Virus record (IMG/VR): IMGVR_UViG_3300018488_000300
Strand: one strand, 5' to 3'
Length of the DNA: 35,023 bases
DNA from: a virus
Lineage: Duplodnaviria > Heunggongvirae > Uroviricota > Caudoviricetes
Shown: positions 18,154-27,907 of the stretch, piece after piece
How the letters are laid out: each line of letters begins with the position of its first letter
Numbering within the stretch: position 1 is the first letter of the stretch
Notes under the pieces: model-generated
What the model was told of the DNA's origin: nothing
Seen by the model: only the letters and a program-made list of their open reading frames with translations
The model's database searches: none
Made by a program: the position numbers and the translations under genes

Positions 18154-18178
18154 AAAAGAAAAACGCCCGAAGGCGTCT
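18154..18178 (-). terminator. Terminator after pspA
   Basis: AAGACGCC-TTCG-GGCGTTTTCTTTT (UUCG tetraloop). Confidence 0.8.
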
Positions 18179-18190
18179 TATATTTTACAG

Positions 18191-18859
18191 TTAAATCATA
18201 CCCATTTTCTTTTTTAATTCTGCCAAAGCGTCATCGACATCCGGCGTAGAGTATTTTGCAAGTAAATCCTCTTCTTCCTTCTCATTTGCGCCAGTAAGTT
18301 CTGCCAATGCTTCTTCTGCTGCCAGATTTGAATCAATCCTTTCAGCCATCTCATTAAATTTACTTAAGCTGCCTGCAATATTTTTAGATTTGATTGTATT
18401 AGCTTTTTGCTGACTTTTTGCTGCAATAGCTTTTGATTTAAGTTCTCCCTTCTTCATTTCCATTGCATGAATCTGATCTGCGAATGAATTTAATGCACTT
18501 TCTGCCTTCTGAGAAGCCTCTTCACATTTTGACACTACAGTTTTCTGTACTTCTTCTTGTTTTCTTCCTTCAGCTGCTTTCTTTAAGGCACTTCTTGCAT
18601 CATCATCATTGGCTGCACTGACTGCTTTTTCTGCAATGCTTTCCCACTGTGCACATTCACTTTGTATTTCTTCCAATTTTTGTTTTTCTAGCTTTAAGTT
18701 TCCCTTTACTACAGCCGTATCCTTTAACATGACTGCATATTCTTCTTTCGCATCAGTGAGGCATTGGTCAATGATTTTTTCTGGGTCTTCAAACCGATCC
18801 AGTAATTCATTTACATTTGATTTGATTATTAAACTTACTCTTTGAAATATTGTTGCCAT
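18191..18859 (-). CDS. pspA: PspA/IM30 family protein
   Basis: MATIFQRVSLIIKSNVNELLDRFEDPEKIIDQ N-terminus, long coiled coil, DDALAELKKKM C-terminus. Confidence 0.92.
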   Translation of the reverse strand: MATIFQRVSLIIKSNVNELLDRFEDPEKIIDQCLTDAKEEYAVMLKDTAVVKGNLKLEKQKLEEIQSECAQWESIAEKAVSAANDDDARSALKKAAEGRKQEEVQKTVVSKCEEASQKAESALNSFADQIHAMEMKKGELKSKAIAAKSQQKANTIKSKNIAGSLSKFNEMAERIDSNLAAEEALAELTGANEKEEEDLLAKYSTPDVDDALAELKKKMGMI

Positions 18860-18870
18860 ATGTAATCTCC

Positions 18871-19908
18871 TTATTGATATTTGTCTTTTAGTTCCTCATC
18901 ATTTGATTTTTCTATTGGAGTTTCTAAGATTTTACGTTTTTCCTCAGCTTCTTGTAATTCTATCTTCTTCTTTCTGATGATGAGATATCCAATAACTGAA
19001 ATTCCTCCAATAATTCCAATCACAATGATTGTTTTTAATAGGATGTCATTTCCTGTGGTGGTTTTTCGCATAATTCGTTCTGCTGACTTTTCAAATACGG
19101 TTGAAAAAAATTCGTTATCATCTAAATTCGACGTATAAGAATAGTCTACAAAATCATAAATTATTTCTTGTGCTTCTGTATCTATGACAGAAGAAGCCTG
19201 GTTCCCGGCATATAAATATCCCTTATACGTTCCGCTCTCGTATTCTAAAAATAGATAAATCAGATGTCCTTCATCGTCAAACAGTGCATCATAGGTTTCC
19301 TGTAAATACTGCTCTGCCTCTGAATCATTTAATGTTGCACCTTTTCCATTTACATTATCTGTTATAATGACATAGGGCTGTACTCCAGTCTTTTTATAAA
19401 ACTCTTTCAGTCCCTTTGTCATTTTGGCATCACTTGAAATCCAACCAACTTGGTCATCAAACCAAGACTTTGACTCTGTGCAAGCTTCTGCACCTAGAGG
19501 TTCCCTATTTGTTGTACTTACTGTGATATCACTTCTGTTCATACCCTTAAATGTTATAATAAGGATAAATAGCATGATGATAATCATGAATATGCTTACC
19601 AAACCATTATTTTTCCTGTACCCGGATGTATATGGTCTTGTTCTATATGGATTACTATAACCTCCATAATGACTATGCCTTGGCGGTGGTGTTGAATGAT
19701 ATGTTGTTCTTGATGGTCTTGGTGGTGAAAACAATGGTCTGGAAGTGCGGTTTTGACTAGATATAGATTTACTACATGAACTTCTTCCTCTACCTGATGA
19801 GTTACTGGAGCTCGACCTGCTTGAAAAACTTCTTGATGAACTGGAATGACTTGAACTGCTTCTTCCTCCAGAACTCCTACCTGACGATCCGCCTCTGCCC
19901 AATTCCAT
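18871..19908 (-). CDS. TPM-domain-like membrane protein with a Gly/Ser/Arg-rich N-terminus
   Basis: Two TM segments flank FYKKTGVQPY..YDALFDDEGH..DTEA.EI..D. Start probably ATG 19908 or TTG 19902 (GGAGG RBS), not 20016. Confidence 0.75.
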   Translation of the reverse strand: MELGRGGSSGRSSGGRSSSSHSSSSRSFSSRSSSSNSSGRGRSSCSKSISSQNRTSRPLFSPPRPSRTTYHSTPPPRHSHYGGYSNPYRTRPYTSGYRKNNGLVSIFMIIIMLFILIITFKGMNRSDITVSTTNREPLGAEACTESKSWFDDQVGWISSDAKMTKGLKEFYKKTGVQPYVIITDNVNGKGATLNDSEAEQYLQETYDALFDDEGHLIYLFLEYESGTYKGYLYAGNQASSVIDTEAQEIIYDFVDYSYTSNLDDNEFFSTVFEKSAERIMRKTTTGNDILLKTIIVIGIIGGISVIGYLIIRKKKIELQEAEEKRKILETPIEKSNDEELKDKYQ

Positions 19909-19947
19909 TCCTCCTCTCTTATTATTTGTGGTACTTCTACCTGGAAA

Positions 19948-19954
19948 TAGTATG
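19948..19954 (-). promoter_or_regulatory. CATACTA promoter-like motif
   Basis: About 40 nt upstream of the re-assigned start 19908. Confidence 0.55.
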
Positions 19955-20028
19955 CTAGAACACAAAACTGAACAGGCTTGAAAATAATGCAGTCTTCTTT
20001 TAATGTTAGCAGACATAAATTTGGAAAA

Positions 20029-20062
20029 ACAAAAAAGCCTACCTCTGCTCAGGTAAACTTTT
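20029..20062 (-). terminator. Terminator downstream of the HExxH gene
   Basis: AGTTTACCT-GAGCAG-AGGTAGGCT followed by a T tract. Confidence 0.6.
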
Positions 20063-20203
20063 CCATTTATCTCATATTGACCAACTTCGGATGTTAATGA
20101 ACTTATTTAGAAGCGGAAGTACTCTCGACAGTTGTGATGGAATATGGCTAGCTATAATTCATGAATTCTTACATATCTTTAATTTTGATGGTTCCGATAA
20201 TGA

Positions 20204-21013
20204 TCAGCCTATTGCATCTTTAAATATAATTTCTAATTCATTTCCAAATTTAACATAATCGTTATAATCAAAAGGTCCATTTTCTTCTTGCGTAAGATAC
20301 TGTCTATATAAAAGTTCTTTGGTTTTTATCACCAGATCAATAATTTTTGGCTCCTTCTGAGAATAATTCATTTTTCCTTTGGCCTCATCTATTGCAGCTA
20401 CTGCAGCTATCTTATAAAACAAATTCATAATATAGGCATTATCTTTCCAATTAAGAATATAATGAAAAGTCGATATGATTCCATCCATATTCTCAGCTAT
20501 TTCTATATCATGAAATTCGATAGCATTTTTATAATAAGCGTAAAATTCAGCAATTGCATAATAAGCTACTTTGTCCCATATTCCATTGTACTTGTGTAAA
20601 GTTATCTCATATAATTTTTCACAGCAAGTCTTCCCATGCTTTTTATAGGTCTCAATAAGTAGCCTGGCATGAAAGAATTCATGTGTCATGTCTTTCTCAT
20701 ATTTGTTATGGTAATTTTTGAAATAAAATTGTGAGAATTTGAAACTAATTTTGGGTTTGTCTTCTATAATCCAACACATTTCTGCTGCTGAATCTAAATT
20801 TGTATACTTAACAGAATCTATGTATTCAGCAATATCAAATTGATTCATGAGTTCATTTTCTCGCATAAAGTTTTCATTCATATCATTCTTTATAAAATCC
20901 TCAAATTTTACAGGTTTCGAAATGATGGGTTTTTCTACATCAATTATTTCAATATCTTTTTGCTCTTTATAAGTATTGGATTTAATTTTTTTTAATATGT
21001 CAATGAACTTCAT
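20204..21013 (-). CDS. Putative zinc metallopeptidase (HExxH)
   Basis: DMTHEFFHARL plus a downstream IAEFYAY (candidate third ligand Glu); GGAG RBS. Confidence 0.6.
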   Translation of the reverse strand: MKFIDILKKIKSNTYKEQKDIEIIDVEKPIISKPVKFEDFIKNDMNENFMRENELMNQFDIAEYIDSVKYTNLDSAAEMCWIIEDKPKISFKFSQFYFKNYHNKYEKDMTHEFFHARLLIETYKKHGKTCCEKLYEITLHKYNGIWDKVAYYAIAEFYAYYKNAIEFHDIEIAENMDGIISTFHYILNWKDNAYIMNLFYKIAAVAAIDEAKGKMNYSQKEPKIIDLVIKTKELLYRQYLTQEENGPFDYNDYVKFGNELEIIFKDAIG

Positions 21014-21042
21014 AAATTCTCTCCTTTAATTCTGTTTTTGTA

Positions 21043-21051
21043 ATTATATCA
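21043..21051 (-). promoter_or_regulatory. Extended -10 sigma-A element TGATATAAT
   Basis: TG-N-TATAAT 30 nt before ATG 21013. Confidence 0.6.
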
Positions 21052-21111
21052 TATTTTTTACTAAATAGGAAAAATAATATCCACTTTAAAGAAAATTATT
21101 TCTTATATAAT

Positions 21112-21223
21112 CATACTAACAATATACACGATAATTTGGTGTTATATTTATGAAAACATTAATGAAACTGTATACAGTAATTTTCATAGTATAAAATTAA
21201 GAAGGCCTACTAAGCCTTTTTTT
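21112..21223 (+). other. Candidate small transcript (sRNA or 14-aa peptide MKTLMKLYTVIFIV)
   Basis: CATACTA at 21112, ORF 21150-21194, terminator AAGGC-CTACTAA-GCCTT-T tract at 21202-21223. Confidence 0.3.
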
Positions 21224-21277
21224 GCTATAAAAAAGGCCAATCATATATCTCACTTATATGATCAGCCTTATGAAAAT

Positions 21278-23971
21278 TCATTTGCCCATTTTTATTATGA
21301 ACAATTTTTTAATTCTCTGTCGTTTTGCTCTTGATTTTTTTATCATTTTTGAAAGTTCTGCAATTGGAATAATCATAAAAGCAATTACAATTGCCACGAC
21401 ATATTCCTTTAGCGAGATAAATTCAAACGAAAATGCTTCTCTTAAAAACGGAATATAGATAACAGATGTTGTTAATATAAATGAGACTATTAATGAACCA
21501 AACAACATAGGATTTTTGGTCTTTATCAGGAATATGGAATCATTTCTTGACCTCATATTGAATGAGTGGAATATTTCCAACAAGGAAAGCGTTAAAAAAG
21601 CCATTGTCATTCCATCTGCACTGTTTGCAATCTCCAACACGCCACTTTCCATATAGTGGCCTATAAAATATGCTACAAGTGTTAATACTGCAATTAAAAA
21701 TCCTTGGAAAATAACTTCAAACCCAACTCCATCCGCAAAGATACTGTCCTCTGGATTCCTTGGGTTTCTTTTCATAATATCATCTTCCGCTTCCTCCATG
21801 CCCAAGCCTATAGCAGGGAAACAATCTGTAATTAAATTAATCCACAGTAAATGGACTGGTTTTAGGATTGTAAATCCAAGGATGCTTGAAATGAAAATTG
21901 CAAAGACTTCAGCTAAGTTTGATGATAATAAGAATTGGATTGCTTTTCTAATATTATCATAAATTCTCCTGCCTTCTGCCACTGCGGAGATAATTGTAGC
22001 AAAATTATCATCAGCCAAAATCATATCTGCTACATTTTTTGTGACATCTGTACCAGTTATGCCCATTCCGATTCCGATATCTGCATTCTTGATAGATGGC
22101 GCATCATTAACACCATCTCCTGTCATTGCAGTTACCATGCCTTTTTCTTTCCATCCGTTTACAATTCGCACCTTATGTTCTGGTTGTACCCTGGCATATA
22201 CCGAATACTCTCCTATTGCTTTTCGAAATTCATCATCATTCATTTCGTTTAATTGAGTCCCGGAAATTGCAGACTGACCATCTTCCAAGATGCCAAGTTC
22301 TTTTGCAATTGATACAGCGGTATCTTTGTGGTCGCCAGTTATCATGATTGGCCTAATTCCTGCCTGCTTACATTCTTCAATTGCTGCTTTTACTTCTGGC
22401 CGGATTGGATCTTTCATACCCGAGAGTCCGATATAGGTTAGGTCCTGTTCTATTTTCCCTGGTGAACTGTCTTCTGGAAGTTTATCATAGGTTGTTATAG
22501 CAGCACAAAGGACTCTTAATGCTTTATCTGCCATTTCTTTATTTTTAGAAACAATCTCACTTCTGATAGTGTCCGTCATATTGACCGTTTTTCCATTCTT
22601 TATTGCTTTCGTGCAACAACGAAGCACCTCATCTGGAGCACCTTTTGTAAACTGTATATAATTTCCTTCTGTTGGATTTATATGTATTGTGGACATCATT
22701 TTTCTCATTGAGTCAAAAGGAGCTTCTTCTTTTCTTATATATATTTGTTTTAACTCGTTTTTATTGATGCCATTTTTGAATGCGTCTGCCACCAGGGCAC
22801 ACTCCGTTGGTTCTCCTATCACCTCTCCAGAATTATCATCCACTTCCGCATCTGAACAGAGCGACATTGCTTTCATAAGCATATCATCATCATCTGTTAC
22901 ATGTTCTACAACTGTCATTTTATTTTGAGTTAAAGTTCCAGTCTTATCCGAACAAATGATCTGTGTACATCCTAATGTTTCCACTGCTGTCAGTTTACGG
23001 ATAATTGCCTTATTTTTTGACATCTTAGTAACGCCAATTGATAGAAGCACTGTTACTACTGCAGATAATCCTTCTGGAATAGCTGCTACAGCAAGTGACA
23101 CAGCAATCATAAATGTATTAATTATGGAACTACCTGTAATGGCTTCTCCAGTAGTATAAAGCCTAACAATATCAAAAACAAAAATAGCAGCACATATAGC
23201 CAATACCAGGATGGATAGGGTTTTTGATAATTGATTTAGTTTTACTTGAAGCGGTGTCTCTTCATTTTTTGCTTTTGTAATTGCCTCTGCAATGTGTCCT
23301 ATCTCTGTCTGCATTCCAGTTGCACATATTACAGCGACTCCTCTTCCATATACGGCCGTTGAGCCCATATAGACCATGTTCTTTCTATCGCCCAATGGGA
23401 TTTCATTTACTTCACTCTCTAATTTCTCACAAGCCTTTAATACCGGCTCAGACTCTCCTGTTAATGCTGCTTCTTCAACTTTTAAACTAGCTGCTTCAAT
23501 TAACCTGGCATCTGCTGGTATAGAATCTCCTGCTTCTAAAAAAATAACATCTCCTGGCACTAAATCTTCTGATTTAAGTATGATTTGTTTTCCATTTCTA
23601 TTTACTTTTGATGTAGATGATGACATTTCCTGAAGTGAGGCAATTGCTTCTTCTGCTTTTGTCTCTTGATATATTCCTAAAATTGCATTCATCAATACCA
23701 CAAAAAGAATAATGAATGAATCAATCATGCTTTCACCTGAATATAACGAAGTTATACCAGAAACAATCGCTGCTATTATCAACACAATCGTCATATAGTT
23801 CGATAATTCTTTCATTAATTTCTTTACCAGACTCTCTTTATCTGGCTCTTTGATTTTGTTTAATCCATATTTTTCTTTTCTACTTTTTGCATCATCATCA
23901 GTTAATCCATTTTGATTGGTCTTTAATGATTCCAATGTATCCTCTATACTTTTCAAATACTCCTTATTCAT
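21278..23971 (-). CDS. P-type (P2A) cation-transporting ATPase, probably Ca2+
   Basis: TGES, IPEGL, CSDKTGTLT, KGAPD, MITGDH, TGDGVNDAP, WINLITD. Confidence 0.95.
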   Translation of the reverse strand: MNKEYLKSIEDTLESLKTNQNGLTDDDAKSRKEKYGLNKIKEPDKESLVKKLMKELSNYMTIVLIIAAIVSGITSLYSGESMIDSFIILFVVLMNAILGIYQETKAEEAIASLQEMSSSTSKVNRNGKQIILKSEDLVPGDVIFLEAGDSIPADARLIEAASLKVEEAALTGESEPVLKACEKLESEVNEIPLGDRKNMVYMGSTAVYGRGVAVICATGMQTEIGHIAEAITKAKNEETPLQVKLNQLSKTLSILVLAICAAIFVFDIVRLYTTGEAITGSSIINTFMIAVSLAVAAIPEGLSAVVTVLLSIGVTKMSKNKAIIRKLTAVETLGCTQIICSDKTGTLTQNKMTVVEHVTDDDDMLMKAMSLCSDAEVDDNSGEVIGEPTECALVADAFKNGINKNELKQIYIRKEEAPFDSMRKMMSTIHINPTEGNYIQFTKGAPDEVLRCCTKAIKNGKTVNMTDTIRSEIVSKNKEMADKALRVLCAAITTYDKLPEDSSPGKIEQDLTYIGLSGMKDPIRPEVKAAIEECKQAGIRPIMITGDHKDTAVSIAKELGILEDGQSAISGTQLNEMNDDEFRKAIGEYSVYARVQPEHKVRIVNGWKEKGMVTAMTGDGVNDAPSIKNADIGIGMGITGTDVTKNVADMILADDNFATIISAVAEGRRIYDNIRKAIQFLLSSNLAEVFAIFISSILGFTILKPVHLLWINLITDCFPAIGLGMEEAEDDIMKRNPRNPEDSIFADGVGFEVIFQGFLIAVLTLVAYFIGHYMESGVLEIANSADGMTMAFLTLSLLEIFHSFNMRSRNDSIFLIKTKNPMLFGSLIVSFILTTSVIYIPFLREAFSFEFISLKEYVVAIVIAFMIIPIAELSKMIKKSRAKRQRIKKLFIIKMGK

Positions 23972-24001
23972 ATTATCTCCTTTAATATTTGTTTTCCTGT
24001 T

Positions 24002-24008
24002 TAATATG
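24002..24008 (-). promoter_or_regulatory. CATATTA promoter-like motif
   Basis: About 31 nt upstream of ATG 23971, about 16 nt after a terminator. Confidence 0.5.
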
Positions 24009-24023
24009 CAAGATTTATGTTAT

Positions 24024-24049
24024 AAAAAAGAAGAGGTAATCCTCTTCTT
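24024..24049. terminator. Terminator
   Basis: AAGAAGAGG-TAAT-CCTCTTCTT hairpin. Confidence 0.7.
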
Positions 24050-24093
24050 CTGTTTTTTGTCATGTGCTTGTGGCTCAATTATTATCTTTTATA

Positions 24094-24216
24094 TTAAAAG
24101 TTTTGTATGGTATTTAATGTCTGATACGATACTTTTAATTGCAAACATTTATTAAACGTTTGCTTTGCTAATTCAATCTCTTGTCTAAATTCGTTTAAGG
24201 CATCCAGTTCTGTCAT
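24094..24216 (-). CDS. Small ORF (40 aa) below the ORF-track cutoff
   Basis: MTELDALNEFRQEIELAKQTFNKCLQLKVSYQTLNTIQNF; GAAGGGA RBS; downstream terminator. Confidence 0.4.
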   Translation of the reverse strand: MTELDALNEFRQEIELAKQTFNKCLQLKVSYQTLNTIQNF

Positions 24217-24326
24217 TGCATGTCCCTTCATAGTATTTTATATTATTTTAACACATCCTTCTTTCTATTGCATCTTAAAACTATAGAAAGCCAATTTTCT
24301 TACATATTTATTGTACGGAGGAACCT

Positions 24327-25130
24327 ATGGATACTACAAAAAAAATAATCATTATAATCATAGTAAGCATAGTGCTTATTCGCATCAATCAAAAAATATT
24401 CAGATGGATTCTAAAAAAGCAGAATAAAATTCATATTAATTTTCTATCAGGCATTATAACGGCCTGTATCATATTCTTAGCAATAAGTATGATTGGAATG
24501 CAATTTGAAAATACAAAGGAAATTTTCAAGTCCATTTTAAAGAGTTCAGGACTATTTGTTGCTGTTGCCGGATTTGCAGCTCAACAAACCTTAAATAATA
24601 TTATCAGTGGTCTCATGTTGTCTGTTGCTAAACCATTTGATATAGGAGAACGTGTGAACCTTGTAAATTCAAATATTACAGGTATCATAGAAACCATCAC
24701 ATTACGTCATACTGTCATTAAGGGTTTTGATAACCAGCGTATCGTCATCCCAAATAGTGTAATTAATAATGAGATATTAAAGAATTCCAATTATGATGAT
24801 TCTGTCATCGGAAATTATCTGGAAGTTACAATATCCTATGAAAGTGACATAAGAAAAGCTGTATCTGTATTTGATTCAATCATCCAAAAACATCCGTTAG
24901 TGATAACAAATGAATACCATAATCCTGGAGTCATTGTAAAAGACTTAACTGAAACTGGCATTATATTAAAAGCGACTGTTTGGACTAAAAATGTTTCTGA
25001 TAACTTCCAGGCTTCCAGTGATATTCGTATGGAAATTATTGAGCAGTTTAAACATGAAAAAATTGAAATACCTTATAAAAAGATAGAATTGATAAATCGT
25101 AAGAATGAAATCAAAAAAAGAAGGTGGTAA
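24327..25130 (+). CDS. mscS: Small-conductance mechanosensitive channel
   Basis: GFAAQQTLNNIISGLML, KPFDIGERV, GIIETITLRHTVI, IVIPNS. Confidence 0.93.
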   Translation: MDTTKKIIIIIIVSIVLIRINQKIFRWILKKQNKIHINFLSGIITACIIFLAISMIGMQFENTKEIFKSILKSSGLFVAVAGFAAQQTLNNIISGLMLSVAKPFDIGERVNLVNSNITGIIETITLRHTVIKGFDNQRIVIPNSVINNEILKNSNYDDSVIGNYLEVTISYESDIRKAVSVFDSIIQKHPLVITNEYHNPGVIVKDLTETGIILKATVWTKNVSDNFQASSDIRMEIIEQFKHEKIEIPYKKIELINRKNEIKKRRW

Positions 25131-25139
25131 ACCTTCTTT

Positions 25140-25370
25140 TTACATATAATCATAAGGGCTCTTATGTCTTCGTGCATGGACATCATTATTTTTCATTAGG
25201 CTGTTATTTGCGTCCTCTTCTGATGTAAATATACGGTGTTTTGGCAGGCGTATTGCTCCACCATTCAACTTAATTGTATATAAGTTTCCACTACAGGCTA
25301 ATATGTGCACCTGGGTAACTTTATTGTTATTCTCTACAATATATCCAGTATCACCTTTCTTTAACACCAA
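25140..25370 (-). CDS. Small conserved hypothetical protein (SH3-like beta-rich pattern)
   Basis: 76 aa, KKGDTGYIVENN...RIFTSEEDA...SPYDY; TTG start with GAGAGGA RBS. Confidence 0.65.
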   Translation of the reverse strand: MVLKKGDTGYIVENNNKVTQVHILACSGNLYTIKLNGGAIRLPKHRIFTSEEDANNSLMKNNDVHARRHKSPYDYM

Positions 25371-25444
25371 TTTTCAATCCTCTCTAGATGGTATAAATAT
25401 ATTATAGTATTGAAAAATGAAAAAAGCAATTCCATGTTCTCCAT

Positions 25445-26706
25445 TTATTTTTCATACATGGAAATAATAAGTTTCTTTTCTTCACCATTACGGTTTATAA
25501 TATATGTATATGGATTCGCTGCATTATGTTTTAATAATACAGTTTGCAGGTCCCATTCTTCATGAATTTCAATTCCATCAATAGATATGACAATGTCACC
25601 TATATGAATACCCACATGTTCTGCTGGAGAATTTTCCTCAACACTTGTAATGATATATTTTCCATTCATAAAAGAACTGATGGTCACACCTATTTTTTCA
25701 TTGCTGGATTTATTCTTGGATTGTGTTTGTGTCTCAACTGGCTCGCTCTCTGTTATTTCAATTCCCTTTGTTGGATCCGCTTCTCTTTCATTACAACTAA
25801 CATTAATTGTTCTTTCTATGTTGTCTCTTTCTATTATAAAAATATATGGTTTTCCATTTATATGTGTCCTCAAATTGTATCTCCTGGCTTTAAACCTGCT
25901 CTTTCTGCTGGCGAATTATATTCTACATTAACAATTTTAAACCGCTTATCATCTGTTGAATAATTAAGATTTATACCCACTTTATCGTGTGTTCCCGTAT
26001 CAATAGAGTTTTCTGTAGTTACCTCGCTCATATAGTTTGATAAATCAGATACTGCATTATCCATATTATTTTCCGGTCGTGGTAATACTAATGCAATGAA
26101 TAATATAGCCATAATTGTTAATCAACAAACAAAAGCATGGGCGGCCTCTGGCCCAGCCTCTCGTTCAGAATGTTCTCTTTGTTTCTTAGGTCTTTTTCTA
26201 CATAATGAAACGGTTCCGAAATCAATCCAATCGCTATAATTATATGTATAATATGAATAAGTATACTTATCATTATTTTTATTTTTTTCTGTTGATATTT
26301 TAATTTGAATATACAAATCTATAATTCCATAATTATTAAATTTATCTATAGTCGGTTTAAGATCAATATAGTTTTTGTCCCTTGCCTCTAAATAATATGT
26401 GTTTAAAACTTCTTTTTCTTTATTACTGATTTGGATAAGTAGGATATAACCTATGATATTGTTAGTTGTATTGATACACAATTGTATGTTATCCTGCACA
26501 CTAACAGATACACCTTTTTCTACATCATGATATAACTTTTTAATTTTTTTGTTTTCGTTTAGTTCGTATAAAAGATTATCCTTTTGATTAATTGTTTCTT
26601 CAACAATATATAGACTTACGCAAAACGGGCAGGTTGCTGTTATTTTATTTGTATCTATCTGTATTTCATGTTTACATTCCAGACAAATTCCATTAACGAA
26701 TCTCAT
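25445..26706 (-). pseudogene. Disrupted Zn-ribbon + TM + tandem PDZ protein
   Basis: ORFs 26122-26706 and 25870-26112 are in the same frame, separated by one TGA inside a TM helix. Frameshift at about 25870 within PDZ1 (NSPAERAGLKPGDTI); PDZ2 is NSPAEHVGIHIGDIV. Confidence 0.7.
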
Positions 26707-26756
26707 TTAAACTCCTTTCTACTACTTATCATATAACTATATTATGTAATGAAAAC

Positions 26757-26785
26757 AAAAAACAGGAATTTGAATTCCTGTTTTT
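26757..26785. terminator. Terminator
   Basis: AAAAACAGGAATT-TG-AATTCCTGTTTTT inverted repeat. Confidence 0.7.
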
Positions 26786-26806
26786 ATTTTTTGTTTCGTT
26801 TCCTTT

Positions 26807-27109
26807 TTACGCTTCAATAATTAAACGTCCTGTTGCCGATTCATCAAAGATAGCATTCAAGAAGTAGGCATGATTATAATGAAAGTATTTTTTAATTAAA
26901 TCATACCCTGCATTCAGTAATCTCTGTTCATTATCCTTTGTTAAATAATAATTTTCTCCTACAAGCAAATAACAGGACATTTTGCCTTCTTTTTTTGCTT
27001 TCTCGATTTTATCAAGACAATTTAAAAGTTGCTTTGCCTCTGCATCCATGCATGCATTTTTTGCATTTGGGACATGAAACATTCTCTGATTTGTTCTCTT
27101 CTTTGTCAT
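26807..27109 (-). CDS. Hypothetical protein
   Basis: Start re-assigned to ATG 27109 (GGAGG RBS); about 100 aa. Confidence 0.7.
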   Translation of the reverse strand: MTKKRTNQRMFHVPNAKNACMDAEAKQLLNCLDKIEKAKKEGKMSCYLLVGENYYLTKDNEQRLLNAGYDLIKKYFHYNHAYFLNAIFDESATGRLIIEA

Positions 27110-27207
27110 AATTAAATCCTCCATTTAATCGTCTCCAAATTTCTCATCTTATATATAATGTATTTTTTTTTATACATATAAACAAACAAAAACCAGATAA
27201 TTCTGGT

Positions 27208-27657
27208 TTAGTTTTTCATCATATCAGTAAGTTGTGCATTTACAAGTTTACCATCTGCTTTACCTTTTACCTTTGGCATCAATACTTTCATGATTTTTCC
27301 TGTATCCGACTTTTTCGGATTACTAATCCCAAGCTCATCCAGGGTATCATTGATAATTTCTTTTATCTGAGCGGGTGACAAATCTTCCTCAACAAACTCC
27401 TTATATACAGCAATTCGATATGAGGCTTCTTTTTTGATATCCTGTCTTGTCTCTGGAGCTGAATCAAACGTTTCTTTTGTCTGTTTGATTTCTTTTTTTA
27501 TAATGACATCTTCTTCAGCCTCAGTAAGAGCTGACCGCTTATCAATTTCCGCATTTTTGAGAGCTCCCAACAACATTGATAGAGCATTCTTTCTTTTCTT
27601 ATCATTTGATTTCATCGCTTTCATCATTTCATTTCTTACCAATTCGGTTCTGTTCAT
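27208..27657 (-). CDS. yqeY: GatB/YqeY domain protein
   Basis: MMKAMKSNDK..LSMLLGALKNAEID..GKIMKVLMPKVKGKADGKLV. Confidence 0.9.
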   Translation of the reverse strand: MNRTELVRNEMMKAMKSNDKKRKNALSMLLGALKNAEIDKRSALTEAEEDVIIKKEIKQTKETFDSAPETRQDIKKEASYRIAVYKEFVEEDLSPAQIKEIINDTLDELGISNPKKSDTGKIMKVLMPKVKGKADGKLVNAQLTDMMKN

Positions 27658-27878
27658 GTTAATTTCTCCTTTTCTACTTTTTTTACTTTCAATTTTTTAA
27701 TGTTCATTACTGTTTCTGTCTCTTTTTCAGAAAACCATTTTTTCTTTTTGCATTTTGTGCAATACAAAAGATAGGATTGCTTTACTTTTATCCATCCATT
27801 GACAGGTCCAAGGTATACATCATTATGAATTTCATTTACGATTTCCCAATCATGATTACAAAACAAGCTTTTAAGCAT
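27654..27878 (-). CDS. Small putative Zn-binding protein
   Basis: FCNHDWE...YCTKC pattern; 4-nt overlap with yqeY. Confidence 0.65.
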   Translation of the reverse strand: MLKSLFCNHDWEIVNEIHNDVYLGPVNGWIKVKQSYLLYCTKCKKKKWFSEKETETVMNIKKLKVKKVEKEKLT

Positions 27879-27907
27879 TCTCTTTTGCCTCCCAACATTC
27901 CAAACCT

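Noticed and set aside
19680-19900. Low-complexity repeats at the TPM gene 5' end as a CRISPR or tandem array
   Set aside because: They encode the Gly/Ser/Arg-rich linker; there are no constant-length repeats with unique spacers, and no cas genes in the window.
20091-20258. + strand 55-aa ORF containing IIHEFLH
   Set aside because: No RBS or promoter motif and partly antisense to the 20204 gene; a chance HExxH cannot be excluded, so it is not called.
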